In this document: positions 39,335-53,885 of the stretch, one piece after another
Position numbering within the stretch: position 1 is the first letter of the stretch
Layout of the letters: each line of letters opens with the position of its first letter
Assembly: GCA_051362555.1 (NCBI GenBank)
Contig: CM120647.1
Span: 6,200,001-6,264,000, forward strand
Direction: 5' to 3'
Length of the DNA stretch: 64,000 nt
DNA from: Lingula anatina
Taxonomy: Eukaryota; Animalia; Brachiopoda
Notes under the pieces: generated by a model
What the model was told of the DNA's origin: nothing
What the model saw: only the letters and a program-made list of their open reading frames with translations
Database searches by the model: none
Program-made: the position numbers and the translations under genes

Positions 39335-41315
39335 TATAGTCATTTGGTTCTCTGGCTTTTGGAAAATTTGCCAATAATATGTCCTCCCTGGTAGAGGGTA
39401 GGTACCTCCTATGTGAGGGGAAGGCTTGCTTCATCCCCCCCCTCCCCCCCCCCCCCCCTCGTGGATCTGCCTTTGTTTTGGGTACATGCGGGTGTGACAG
39501 AGCTTGTAATCCACACTCCTCCGTGTGAGCTGCGTTGACACGATGGCAGCTGCTACAACGCTTGATTACACTTTGTGGTTTTTTCCCTTCCTCATTGTGC
39601 CTTGTGACAATGTATACTGGAGAGCTGCAACCTTAAAGGTGGGACGCCACCAATGCGTGATAAAGAAATTCATTTTTGGTTGGAAAAATATTTTTTCTGA
39701 GAAAAAATGATGGTTTCCTTGTTTGTTTTTGTTAATTCCTTTATGTTACTTGCTGATTTGTGATGTGTTTGTTGAAAAATGAATTTGTGGTGTGAAAGGT
39801 TTTATTTGATTGTCTCATATTAAATATATAAGTGACATTCGAACATTGCTATTGGAGATAGGAAAAAACACACATCACTACACTTTTGGATAGAAAAGAA
39901 AAAGATAAAATGAGAAAAATTTAAAAAAATAAAGGGATTGGATTTTGGAAATGGACGCCAGGGCAATTTGTTTTGTACATGTTAAGTGGAAACTTAATGC
40001 AATTAAGCAAAGGAGATTTTAGCATGATTAGACCATTTTACTTCTTGGGAAACGAGACATGGGATGTGCTTATAAACACGTAGCTACAGAAAGGCAAACA
40101 AAAACATATTCTTATTTCAGGAAGGTCACAAATTGGAACAACTTGTTTATTTCTGTTTTGGTTGTTAGGTAAACCTAATAGAAAATTAGGTCCTTTCATT
40201 TTGTAAATACTACGCAAATTGTCCTTTTTACAGTGGATGAGACATAAGACATTTGTTTATGAGGAAAATGTGTTTCTTCTTTTCACGTGATCAAGTCAGG
40301 CAAAGGCAATTACACCGAATGTCCTTATACAGGATGTAGTAACAAAGGATAGGCAAATTCTCCACTTTTGTTAGTAAGAAATTTAAGTTTAGAAAGAGCG
40401 AGATCCGTAAATAGAATCAAATGAACATGACATCATCATAAGGTTAGAAGTAAATTTTTTTGTCCCTTGTGCAATGAGGCTTAAAAAAACACTTTGATGA
40501 AAGTTTTATAATGTCATGCTTCATTGGTAGTAAACATGTTTAGTCTCCTAATAGAAACAATTTATTTTTTGGCAAGATCATTTTGTCTGTGGTAAATTTA
40601 CTAAATTTACGTAGTCAGGCCAAGTAAGAGAATTAGATTGAGAACCTTACATTTCCAGGGTATGGAATAAAAAAGGAAACTTGACAATTCAGATGAAATG
40701 TCCCCATGTCAGCAGTACTTGATTGATGTTGTTTATCAGCTTTATTTTCTGTCTCCCAGTTATGGGAAACAATGTAGCATTTGGCAGGTAATTAAAAACC
40801 AGTTAACAAAAATCCCCATTGTGTTTTCATTAAATAATGCCTTGTTTGTTATTGTGGTGTTTTAGAAGCCTAAATGATTTTTTGCCGTGTTCCTTGTTCG
40901 GAATTAACCTATAGAATAATAAGGTTGTCTTTGTGGTAGCTTGGGGATTTTTTTCCACCAAACTTGTAAAATTCCACAGCATGAATACGAAGTTTGACTT
41001 TCAGATTTGTACCCAACATCTTGACCCAAAATAAAAAGAAAATTATCCTAAAATCAGTCCAGCCAAGTTGTGTCCATTATATATTCATAAAGCACTTATG
41101 AATCTGCTCCATGCTCTCCACAGTGGCGTTCTGAAAAGGCTGTTTACTAATGATGACTTTTTTTGTATTCCAAAGATGTCATCATCGTGCTGAGGAGTAT
41201 AGACTTAATGGGAGTTGATAATGTGAGCTGGGGTAGTCCACGGCCTCGGACTGTCAACTATGCGTGTGTGACCTGGGGGATTTAATGGCTGAGGACAGGG
41301 ACTGGGGGCTGGTTG

Positions 41316-41391
41316 GAGAGAGAGAGGAATTAAAAGAGAGAGAGAGAGAGAGGGAGATAGAGAAAAGAATTAAAAGAGAGAGAGAAAGGAC

Positions 41392-41428
<37 letters not shown>

Positions 41429-41574
41429 AAGAAGAGTAAGAGAGAGAGGGAGAGAGTAAAGAAGAAGTTAAAGAGGTAGAGGAAAGAAAGAAAAAGAAAG
41501 AAAGAGAAAAAAAGAAAAGAAGAGGAAGAAGAAGAGAGAGGGAGAGTTGGAGGGAGGTGAGATGTAGGATGGAA

Positions 41575-41633
<59 letters not shown>
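41316..41633. repeat. ~320-bp polypurine/(GA)n tract
   Basis: Almost purely A/G on the + strand. Confidence 0.9.
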
Positions 41634-43259
41634 AACTTGAAAACATGTACATCCCTAGTTGTCATTCTATTCAGGTCCTGCTCTCCACATTGCCCCTTTT
41701 TTCCAGCCCCATTTCTGTCATATTTTAAAAGGACCAACAATGGTCATAAGAACTTTTTATGGGCACTTAGGTTGACAAGCTCAGTTGACCCCAAGATTTT
41801 TTTCTGTGTCAGCTTCCTTTTTCTTGACCAGACGCATTAGTCTTAGATATCTGACAGGCATATATCTTATTTGCCAAAATGCGTGCAAAGTCGACCTTGC
41901 GTGTTTAAGTTTTGTTTTTGCCAGTCAACAGTGTTAATATTCAGAAAAAAAGGAAAAACAAAATAGATTAATTCATTAGTCATATTAGATGGAATTTAGC
42001 TAAAAAAGTTTGAAATTACTACTTCTATTAAATGAAATGACATATTCAGCTTATTAAATCCATTTATACAACTATTTATGATTAAGGACTAAAATCCCAC
42101 TGTTTTCTGAAAGTTCTCATTTTTTTCTCTGACCTAGTTACTATGTGCCCTGGCTTGTCCTCGCCTGATGTTTTATTTTTATTTTTGTCTAGACACATTA
42201 GCAAGACATTCTTGACGAGCTAATAATTTTTGCCCGGATACCCACTAATGATAGTCTGGGTTGAGAATTTTTATGTCGGAAATCTCTGTCCATCTTCCAA
42301 GAAAAGGTGATTACTAAGAAGATGGTTTTTCGATCAAGAAGAGATTTTTTCTTCCTATTTTGTTTTTGTTACTTTCTCTAATTCCTCATTGAATCAAAAT
42401 TGATTGGGAATTTGTGTTTGTTTCATTTTCACTAATTCAGGATGATAGAAGCAATGTTTATGAACCGCCAGATGAACAAGACATGTTGATTTTTTGAAAC
42501 ATCATCTCTCAAGATCTCTCAAGGCACGAGTTATACCCTGTGTAAATTGCTTGGTGAAATACTACGGGGTTATTGCTCTGTACTCAAAGATTCTGCTCTC
42601 AGTGGAGTATTAGGGCTCCCCCTGAAGTGTTATCCTAAACAATTTCACAAATTACACCCATTTGATCAACAATGAATGTCGTAAATTAGATCAACAGATT
42701 TTGCCGCGTCTTGTACCACCTGTAATACCACAGTCGTTGCCTTTGTTACGGACATCGCCTTGACAGCCATTATGTAACATACAAAGTTACAGGAAATTTA
42801 ATTGTGATTTATTCAATAGGATTAGGGCATACTGTAGTGTATGTGTTGGTAAACAAAAGTAGGCGAACAAGCAGTAAGGAAATTATGGGTTTATTTAAGT
42901 TTGATCGGTATAGTTTGGAGACAGGAATAACGTCACTCCATTTTAAGCGCTTTTGTTGATTACAGCATATTAAGTGTTATTTTATTTCTTGGGGATGTTG
43001 TGGATATAATGGTCATTGTTGTTATTGACGTGATTGGCCTTGCACTTGTTGATGGTATTTGCTGAGTACAGGTCAATTGTTATTGCCGACCATAGTATTT
43101 CATTGTCGTTCTTATAATTGTCATTGTTGGTGTTTTGTTATGGTCATTGCCATTGTCAGAGCCATTTGCAATGCAGGCCTTATTTGTATAATATGTGGTG
43201 GTAAAGAAGAGTGATCAGTATATAGCATGTGATATCATATACGTATATACTACTCAAAC

Positions 43260-43330
<71 letters not shown>

Positions 43331-45130
43331 AGGGTGATAGGGGTTCGGACTTTTGCTGGGGAAAAAAGTCTGCTCTGGGTGAAATTTGATCTAAGTGCAC
43401 AAAGGTTGCATTGTAAAAGGTTCACTTTTCTAGAAAAAGAACCCCCTCTCCCACCCCTTTGAATTTGATGACCATGCACCTGGGGAGAGAGAGATAGAGA
43501 GAGAGAGGATGGATGGATGGATGGATGGAGAACGGAAAAATGGGATCTATTATTCCAGTTAATCGTCTGAAATGACGTCATTCCCTTGTTATTGCTATTG
43601 TTCCTGGCATCCCAAACACAGGTGTTCTGTTACAGGTAAACCTGGTATTTCCTGCTCATTCTAGCAAAGGGGATAGAATTCTGATGAAGACGATGAGAGG
43701 GGGTGGGTTATCAAGTTTGTTCCATCTTGTTTATAACTAGAAATTCCTCTTTATGTCATGGTCCTCTATTGATGTGGTCAGTGGCCAAACTCAGTGGTCA
43801 CTGTGCGTGTGGGACTGGTCACTGCACCCTTTAATATTGTGGTCAATCTTACTCAAGTGGCCACTAAAGGATCGGTTGCTATTATTGACACCAACATGTC
43901 AAAACAACTCTACCTACAGGAAGTGACCGTGACCACCTGGTCAGTCTTGGACATGAAATTGACCGCTGGTCAGGTTTGGGTGGTCACTGCACCTTGTTAT
44001 TATTGGTCAGTCTGTTCAATTATAAATGTTTACTAGGTTATCGTCACAGTCTGGAGTGCTGCCACGCCCACTTGTGTTCAGCTTTGATGGTAATAATGGT
44101 AGTTGTTCATGTTATGGTTCCGGTACGTTTTCTATTGAATTACGTCTGTCCCTTTAAAGTTGATGTTTATAAGTATGCACAACCACCTTTCATAATTACA
44201 TCACTTGTTTGTTTATTTTGTTTATCGTTGCGTGGAATTTGCAATTGTTGAGGTGTTTGCGGGTGGACTGAGTGACCTTTTACTTTCAAGAAATGTAGAT
44301 TTTTTTTTTTTTGTATTTTATATGCAGGCATAAATAACGAGTCCTTGAACATGTGCATGTGACTTGCTTTATAATTTTCATTTCGACCTTTCATGTGTGA
44401 AATCTTAGACTTGCTATTCTGTTCATGTATAAAATTGTTTTAGTTATAAAAAAAAAGAAGAAAAAAATACTTCCTCCAAAGTGCTTTGTGTGACAAAATG
44501 ATATTAGATGTCATCTTAATGTTTATAAATAATGAACATTTTCTTTGTTCCTTTGTTGTGTTTCCTGGTATAGAAAAATAACGTGAACAATCTCTTGGTT
44601 TCATCTTTGCATTTATCAGTGTAATATCTCTTTTTCCCCTTATTTTTCATTTGTTAAACTTCCTCCTGCTTTCTGGACCTATTTTTCATGATGTGGATGC
44701 ATTAGTTATTAATATTATTCATGTGTGCACGCGCGTGTGGGTTTTATATTTCCGAGAAAAAAATATTATGAAAGGCAGCAGCTGAAAAACAATCTATATA
44801 ATTGACAGTAAATGGCAGCATCTGTACATTTTTGACATAAATGGGCACGTTTTTGTTTCATTTTCTTAATGGGAAGGGAAGTTCATGAAGGTACACATTG
44901 AATAATTGATTGACAAATGATAATGGCAAGGATTATGACGGTCAAAATTATACGAGGTTATTTTTGACGAGGACTAACTCTGTTCCCAAATGATTGCCTT
45001 TTCTGGCATAATGATTATTATTTCCATCTGACCATTGGTTTGTCGGTCGTCTGAGTACTTATATGTTAAGGTCAAGGTCAACTTTAACGCCTTCTCCCCA
45101 TCTGTTTTTTACATTCACAGATACTTAATC

Positions 45131-45183
<53 letters not shown>

Positions 45184-48100
45184 TTATTATTATTATTATG
45201 TATAAGGATGGAAGGGAAATTTTAAAGGTAAACCTGATATTCACAAAAAAAAAAAAAAAAAAAAAAAAAACAAGATCAGCCTGTTACAAGAAAGGACAAT
45301 TTAAACATCTAGTTATTCTTCATGTAGAGACTAAATAACGAGAGTGGTATATGTACACATCATTTTGATCCACTCTCTAGAATAACTCTGTTTTAAGACC
45401 AGCCTCTGTGTAGCACTAACACTCACCAACTTTGCCAATTTATGGATCTGTTCAGTCCTGAAATGATATAAAAACATTTTGGCCATTTTAATAGAGAGGA
45501 GTGTAATTGACAAGCTAGCAATGCAAGCAGTTTATAACGAAATTATGTACATTATTCATCAAAAAGATGTATGTAATATATCAGTGTCATTTGTATGAAA
45601 TTTGGACATTTGAAAGCGCTGATTTATTAATTACAAGTAAGAAGTGATTCTCTATAATATACCAACTTTATAGAACGATTCTTGCAATGGTGAATCACAA
45701 AATCAATGAACTCATGTGTCTTATTTGGTGTTTTCATTTTCTTTTGTGTAATGATGATATAAAAAGTAAATCTTTTCTAAAGTAAAGAGACTTTATATGT
45801 TTTCTACCCCTGATATGTTGAGATTCATTCATTGGTGTGTACTGGTATATCGTGATTGAGGAAAAAAATGGGAAATTGATAACGCATCTGTTACAATACC
45901 CGATTGCATGTTTTTGTGTAATAAGAGATGGGAACATCTCTGTGGTATCTTATCTCCTAGAACGAAACATGATTTTTGTTCAGTGATTTTTACAAATCAG
46001 ATAAAGAGCACGGGAAAAAAAATCATCAGATAATCAGATTCACTAGACTGGAATGACCACAAGACTAGTATAAATATAAAAATGGTACCCGTTTTATCTT
46101 TCCAACAACACGATTCGACCATTATAACACAACTGTCACGTACAGTGACGTAGATGACCTCTGAAATTAGCAGGGTCGATGAAGACAGTGGTATTGGGTT
46201 TCAAGATCTTAACCTTTTTACTCATTTCCTGTTTTTTATATTGTGGTATGGGGCCCTAATCCCAGGTGGGAAGGAACTTAAGGACCTTTATATTTGTGTG
46301 CCTTTTTTACCTGTTTTTTTTTTCTTACGAGAGACTTTTGAGTCATCTTGTCACCATGTAGGACAATGGCAGAAGATTTTTGGCACTTTTTTTGTCGAAG
46401 TTTTAGCGTGAGAAAACTGGTACTTTATGTTGGGAAGATTTTTTTCTTTATAGCTTGATGTGATAGTATATATCCTTGATGTTATTGTTGCATTATTCTT
46501 GTGTCTGTCTCTCTGTCTGTCTGAGAAACAAAAAAGTCAAATTTGGGGACAATATAATTTGACAAAATATAATAATAATAATATTCTTTTTCATACAAAC
46601 GGACTCACTGAATAAAGACATTTTATTTAACAATGTGATAATGGTAAACAATAAAAAATATTAATAAACACCAATTCCCAAATTATTACAATTCCATTCA
46701 TGTTCTCTGTATCTCTTTTCTTTATATCTCTCCTTTCCTACCAAATTCTTACAAAAACACTTGGCAAAAATCATTTCCCGATGACCTCAGAAGTGGAGAA
46801 TGAATGATCAGACATCCTCACCCAGACTGTAAAAGCACTTGTACCAGGTGCAGAAAAAAATTCTTGATTTCTTTACCTGCACAGTTGGTTTTTAACTCGT
46901 TATACACCTGTAGGGACTGAAGAAGCATTTTTGTGTGATGGGCTGTAGGCAAGTCATTGTATACGCCGTTAATTCTCAGGCTTCACAAACAGTTACGATG
47001 CAAATTATTAAATCCCAAACAGAAAAATTTTTATGTGAGATGTTCAAGTTTTATGTAAAGAGGGTTGTTAGGTTGTGTGGGAACCTTTTTATTTTTTATT
47101 ATTCATTATTATTATTTTTGCTTGTTTCTGTTATATTACGATATTTAGGTTGTCATCAATGCTCCCAGGTTATGTCTTATATGCATGATGAAATGGTTTT
47201 CAGTTTTCTACCATTGTATGAAAAAGTAAATACAAAGTCATATATTACTAGTAATTTCATTCTCTGCACAAACTATGAATATATTGCATCCTTTTTTGTT
47301 GTTTTCACACTCGACAGTTTATTTTCCAAGTTAGTGGTGATATTTTTCATCACTCACACCTTCACTAATTGAGGAGTTTTTTTGTCTAGAACCATAATGA
47401 AATAATGATCATATCATCTCGGTGCAGAGCCTCCATTAGCGGAGGTTGTTTATGACAGGGGCAGCAAAATGGATTATTTCTTCCATTTATAGTTATTATA
47501 ATCATTCATCACTAAGTGACAGGTTTTGAAAAATTGGTTATGGGATTTTGGCTCATTTTAATCATCATTTATAATTTGGATCATACATATGATGTGACAC
47601 TATATGCAACATTAGGCTGTAGTTTGAGAGTTAAGCTTTTGACAAAATTGCATATTAGAGATTCAGAATGGAGGATGCCGTGAAATTTCAAAATATTGGA
47701 ATAATAACAATGTCAATAATTATATAGAAAGATAATTTTTTGTGTGAAAAAATATAATCATCTTTGTTCTAATTTTCTGAGTAGTTACGGTAATTTTCAG
47801 TAATTTACTGAGTGCTGAGTCTAAAACAACAACACATAAGAAGGGTGCATGTGAGTTTAATAGTTTCTTAACCGGTCGTTGAACTTTTCTCTCTCTTGTT
47901 AGCATGCTGCACTTTTGTAATCTATAAATCAGACTGGTTTTTACTCATTGTAGATAAGGCGCATTTATAGTTCACTTGGGACGACCCAACTTGGTACCAT
48001 ACTAACTGGGCAAAGCATCTGATTAGAATTTCTAACCATAAAAAGAAACTCTTATCACTTTATTGTCACTCACACTTACACATTCTGTAAGTTTAATTGC

Positions 48101-49819
48101 ATCTCATGTAAAGAATTAGAAAGATTTATAAGTTTCAGGTGAATTATTCCTATTTTTTCATGCACTGCATTATTTTGCCCCCAAAATACTTATTATATTT
48201 TTGAGATGATACATAGGCCCTACCTCTCTCTCTAATAGCAGAGATGACCATGCTGAGCGATTCCAAAGAGGGATGGTTGGCAGTGACAGGAAAACCAATT
48301 TGTTACTGTCAAAAAGAGACTAACACAAACAAATGAATCATAAATTAAAACATTTTAGATATTTTGTTTTTCATCTACCCCCCCCCCCCACAAACCATCT
48401 CCAATATTTCAGATTATGTCATGTTTAGTAAGATGTACGTTTTTAATAAAAATGTTAAGTATACATTATATTATTAAGGCGAAAGAACAAAATGTGTTTA
48501 GTTATCTCTAATACAAGCCCTTATCCCTCCTCTCCCTTTTTTTCCTGGTAAGGGTTGGTCTAATATAGGTATGACATATTGCTACAGTGTTGTAATTAAG
48601 GAAAAAACAGGGCTAGTCTGGAGAGAGAGGCGAGAGGAAAAAGGAAGAGTGATTCGTTATTGTCACGGATAAACTTGCACAAACAAGTGATAAATCAAAA
48701 ACTGTGACATTTTCATATCTGTGGATGGTCGACATTGGCTTTGTTTTTATCAGCACTATACACTTGCACAGTTAATTGAACCACTCGCCAAAGGCTTTGG
48801 CTATTTTTGGTGCGGGACCTCAATTAAACTGTTTATCTCGTGAATTATAATTGGCGATATTTTTAGTTCTTTTGAGCTGACTTACTTCAAATACTACGTA
48901 CACACAAGGCAGTGTATGTTTAATTAGCCTGTATAGTCAATAATTGACTAGGGGCGGTATGTTTTTGGAGCGTAAGGCTAATAATACGGAATTCAACGAT
49001 TTTTTGAGATAATAAGATTGGTTTGGAGAAAAAATAAAAAAAGTCAAATAGTGCCACTTAGTTTCATTTTGCTGAATCTCACTGGAAGTGAGAATGTAGC
49101 CAATTTTTCTTATATGTTTTGTGGCAGGTAATTTTCTCATATTTCCCCTAGGATGAGGTGGAGATAGAACTTCAAGAAGATTTACGAGATATTTTTTGTG
49201 TTGATTTACATCTCAGAGTTGCTTTCAATAATTAAGTTAGAGAGAAGGGGAAATTTATAACCTAGCAAAAAACATGTTGTTCACCTTTTTTTTTTCCTTA
49301 AATAAATTAAAATATAGATTTTTTTCTCTGAAAAGAAATGTTACTGAGAAGAAAAAAGTATCTTGAAATTTTTAGCACTCTTTTTACTGCGATACTTGTA
49401 CTTGGGAAGGCAGGTTTACAAAGTACAAACTTTTGTCTGTTACCATAGCAACAAGCATTTTTGAGAAGGTTTTGAACCAAGTTATCAATCGGAAAAAAAG
49501 GAAAAGAAATTAATTTTTGATCTTTGTTATCCCAACTTTGAGCCTTATGATATCTGCTCTTAAAGTGGGTTTAAAAAAGTACTACATGCATTGCACTTAG
49601 CAATGTGTAAGGTCCATAACCTTTACATTTTGTCCTATATCAAGGTTTATTTGTTGATGTCATTGTGGTTTTAAGATAACCCATATTTGTCTTGCATATC
49701 TCATTGTAACTGACCCTGAGTGGATAGGATAAGGCCAAATAAAAGATTCGGACTATCTAGACTATCTAAGGCCACGTTGCACTACCTTGTGATATGTCAC
49801 ATGCTTGTTGCAACTGTAA

Positions 49820-50050
49820 GACTGGGTTCTCATACCTAGATTGATCTAACAGGATTGATCCATCTCTGAGGATTTTTTCTTCCACGTCTTCCCTGCCAAC
49901 TGAAGCTGCTAAATGATAACTAATTACCCCCTAGTAGCTTCACTAGGCATGGCAGACATCTAAGCCACTTAAGTTGATTGCAATTTAGGGAGAATCCTCT
50001 GGGAGATAGATCGATCCACAGTTAGTACAATAGGGTCTGGGAATGGTCCC
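49820..50050 (+). mobile_element. Harbinger/Tourist-like MITE, subfamily B copy 2
   Basis: TAA|GACTGGGTTCTCATACCTAG ... GGTCTGGGAATGGTCCC|TAA, 3-bp TAA TSD; same core as 9040-9285. Confidence 0.75.
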
Positions 50051-51913
50051 TAAGATTAAAAATCTTGTGCCTTTTTTATTTAAAGGTGTAGCAACAACTG
50101 AAAAGAAGAAGTTGGGTCAGATTTAGAAAAGCAGTAGGAAAATTTGTGTCGAGCAATTTACTTCTTAGCATTTTACTGAACAGTTCAGGGTGTCAGTTAC
50201 TTGTGATGAAGGCCTAGAATACTGGAGATTTTTGTTTCAAATTTTTTACAGATTGATAATAGACCAAGGATGAACAGATTTGATTTTCATAAGGATCAGA
50301 ATATTATATTTTCCTTTTCTACAATGAATAGCAGATAAAGATAAGTTTGACAGTTTTAATTATTATTTGTTTGTAGATTTTTTTTTTTTTTTTTTTTTTT
50401 TTTGTCAGCTGCATGCCATAAGCCAGTCCCTTGTCCAGTTATGTAGAACAAATGTAGTACATACCACAACAAGACCACACCACACCATCTGGTCTTGTGA
50501 AATAATGAAACAACAAGACAACTCCCTCATCATTATAAATTTCTTGACACCTAGTTAGAAAGACTTTGACGTCAACAGACATCTCCTTACAGTCGAAATA
50601 GTGAAATGCTTAGGTTTGTTTTTGTTTTTGTTTTTTTTTTTTTGGTAGTGACGGAATTGGAGTCATTTTAAGGCATTTTGAGGTTAGTGCCTCCCCTTTT
50701 TTTTAGATTCCACAACTGGAAAATAATTGGCGTATTTTGATTTCAGTAATCAAAACTAGCCGTTATCTGAAATAAAGAATAATTGGGGATTGGTGTATTT
50801 TTAATTTCTTTTCACGTTTTGATTTCATAAATCAAAAGCAGACCCTGAAAATGAACAACAAAGTAATAGCTCTAATGTGTTTGCAAATGACAGATGTTTG
50901 TAATGGATGAAACAAGAAATGTGCGTTGTGGTGGCTTTTGTCCAATTCTTAGTTCAAGTGTACTGTTTATTTACTTCCCCAGTAGTATTTTTCATAAAAG
51001 TATAATGAGCGCCATTTTAATTGGTTCTCACCTTAAAAAAGAGGTTATGGGAACAGAGTTATAAATGTAGTGTACTTTTGGATCATTTTAAACTTTCACT
51101 CTTTTGCAATGGGGTCAGGTCTTCGATTTTCGAGTCATTATTTTATTTCGAGACTATTAACACTTGATATTTGTGCCTTTCGATTATAATGAAACCTACA
51201 ATCATTAAACCTGAAAAGTTGTATTCCGAATAAAAGAAAAGCGGGGTGCATGCCATTGCCGTGGAAACCACCGCTCAAACATTGTTGCGAAGTCAAATCA
51301 CTTGTTTGCTCTGAGAGTAAAAGTCAACTTGTTTGTTGACTGCTAAATTCTTTGGTAATTGTTATCGAACTAGAGGAGCTTTGTGAATGAAATTGCCTCG
51401 GGGGTTCGTTGACTGCTGGAGGTTAAATAAGAGTACGCGTCCCTCCCTTGTTTTGTTTTTGGCATTGATATTCAGATATTATATTTACCAGTCTAGGGTA
51501 AATCTGTCCTGGGATTGTTGAGGTTAGAAGAGTTTGTCATAATAATTATAATAACAATGATAATAATAATAATAATGATGATGATGATGTTGATAATGAT
51601 GTTGATAATACTAATAATAATAATAATAATAATAATAATTGTATTTATTGAAAGTCTGTAATCTTCAAAAGTTCAGAAGACTTAAACATAACAGTGTTCT
51701 AAAAAACGAAAACACAGAAAAGATAAAGACACAATTTAAAACCTGTAGTTAAGGCATTAAAGGGTAAATAACATTAAAGTTTTATACATAAAAAACTGTC
51801 AAGTTGAAAGTCTCTTCTTTTTCTTTGATAAAGTGATGCAAATGGTTTTTTCCTATTGTTTTAGTTTTGAAAAAATTTTAAGATGGAAGGTAATTTTGGT
51901 TCAACCCCACACA

Positions 51914-51958
<45 letters not shown>

Positions 51959-53611
51959 ACACATACTACCACTCCCACCAAGACAGACATATTCAAATCT
52001 TTTACAACTTTGCTGTTTGTCAACAAACTAGCTGTTATTGAGTTATGTCTAAGGGGTTAGAGATTTTCACCTTCAGAGTTTTATTGTTGTCACTAATCTG
52101 TTTTTGTCCAGATTTTCCTCAAAAGACTCAACCCGGGCGGGGGAGGGAAGGGCAGCTAACATAAAATGCACACACAATGTGCACTGGCGTTTGTATTGTT
52201 GCTTCTGTAAACAAATATGGGTGTTGTTGTCATAATTTGTTTTTGGCAAAAGTTCCTATTGTTAAGTCACGCTTCACGCCTGAGGAGGTTGTAACATGAT
52301 CCCCTGCTCATCAAAACTATTTATTTGAACTAGAAGTGTTGTTGGGTAAGTGGTTGGTTCACCTTAAATTAAGGTTTTTTTTCTGTGAGGATGGGGTGAT
52401 TCGGTAGGCCTGACAAGGGCACTTATTTTGATATGGTAACAATGTTGACAAGTTAATTTCAACTTCGTGATACATTTATAAGGTGGTGAGGTGGTGAATC
52501 TTTTGTAAAGAATCTGAATGTGTTTTTCTGTCCGTGAGTCGTGACACATTAACCCATCATCAAAGGAAATGTCATATAGAAATGATTTACTTACCATTTC
52601 ACAAAAAAACAAAACAATGAAGAAATTGTTCCCCAAATTTACTATAGTTATTTATGTGTTTTTTACTATAAAATGGATATTGACAAATGATTCCCTGCAT
52701 TGTAGAAATTTGTTCAGTCAAGATATGTGGGATTGTGTGACCTTGTGAATTCTTAAGTCACTTTGAATTTTTCTCTTTTTGAAAGTGGGTCCTTTTTTCC
52801 TAAAAGAAAATCACTTTTTACTAATCAAGTTTTCTAGTAATTGTTCATAGCAGAATAGTGTGTTTATTAGCATGTCTCCTAGGTTAATGGAATTTGGAAT
52901 TTTTGACAGTGGCAGTTATAATTACCCTCTAATCTACGATTCATTGGCTGTTCTGAACTAAGCTCTCAATGACATAAATAAGTGCAGAAATGTCCCCATC
53001 AAACCTATGCCTTCTTGAATGAATCAGACAAAGCTCTGTAAGCCCCTGGCTATTTTGAACTTAAGTTTCGGTGACATTAATGAATTCATAAACAACATCC
53101 CTGTCAAACTTTCAAACTTAGGAGATATAGTGTGACCTGTCCTTGTATGACATTGACCAAAAAAAAAATCGAGTCTACTTTTCCCAAGAGAAAGGGGAGA
53201 TAAAGGGATTGGCATGATCTCGTACTGTTTATTAATTTAGATGCAGGACACACAGCGATGCCGAGGTTGCTGGCTAGCATATCAACATACAGATATGGAA
53301 AGTTTTTTTTTTCTTTTAAGAGAATTTGTTATTTGTATTTTGAAAAGAAAGCTTGAAAGGTTATTGATTTTTGTGTAAAATCTTCAGAAAATGAAATTAA
53401 ATTTATTGTTGATGTGGTAGATGGTTTTATTTATTTTTATTTATTTTTGCATTTTCATGGGCTTATTGAAATACACAGTCACACAATTGAAAAAAAAATA
53501 GATCCACATGGTACACTTTATCTAATACACTGCTTTTAAGTATCTAGAAAACAGTGATTTATTTCAAATTTTAAAGAATTTTTTTAAATGTTGCTTCATA
53601 TAGATAGGTTT

Positions 53612-53885
53612 ATCTTGATTGACCCAATGCTTCCAGTCACCCCCTCCCCCCCCCAAAAAAATATCTTGATTGACCCAATGCTTCCAGTCACCCCCTCCCC
53701 CCCCCAAAAAAATATCTTGATTGACCCAATGCTTCCAGTCACCCCCTCCCCCCCCAAAAAAAAAATATCTTGATTGACCCAATGCTTCCAGTCACCCCCT
53801 CCCCCCCAAAAAAAATATCTTGATTGACCCAATGCTGCCAGTCACCCCCTCCCCCCCCCCCCAAAAAAAAAAAAAAAAAAAAAAA
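53612..53885 (+). repeat. Minisatellite, ~51-bp unit x5
   Basis: ATCTTGATTGACCCAATGCTTCCAGTCACCCCCTCCCCCCC(n)AAAAAAAT repeated; units differ almost only in homopolymer length. Confidence 0.95.

Noticed and set aside
42441-42497. ttcAG|DDRSNVYEPPDEQDMLIF, with a Tyr motif reminiscent of IRS tails
   Set aside because: Stops after 18 codons, has no donor, is in the wrong phase, and would lie upstream of the PTB exon.
53612-53885. Repeat array superficially like CRISPR (constant 28-bp repeat with intervening segments)
   Set aside because: The intervening segments are near-identical C/A homopolymers rather than unique spacers; the context is a eukaryotic intron with no cas genes.
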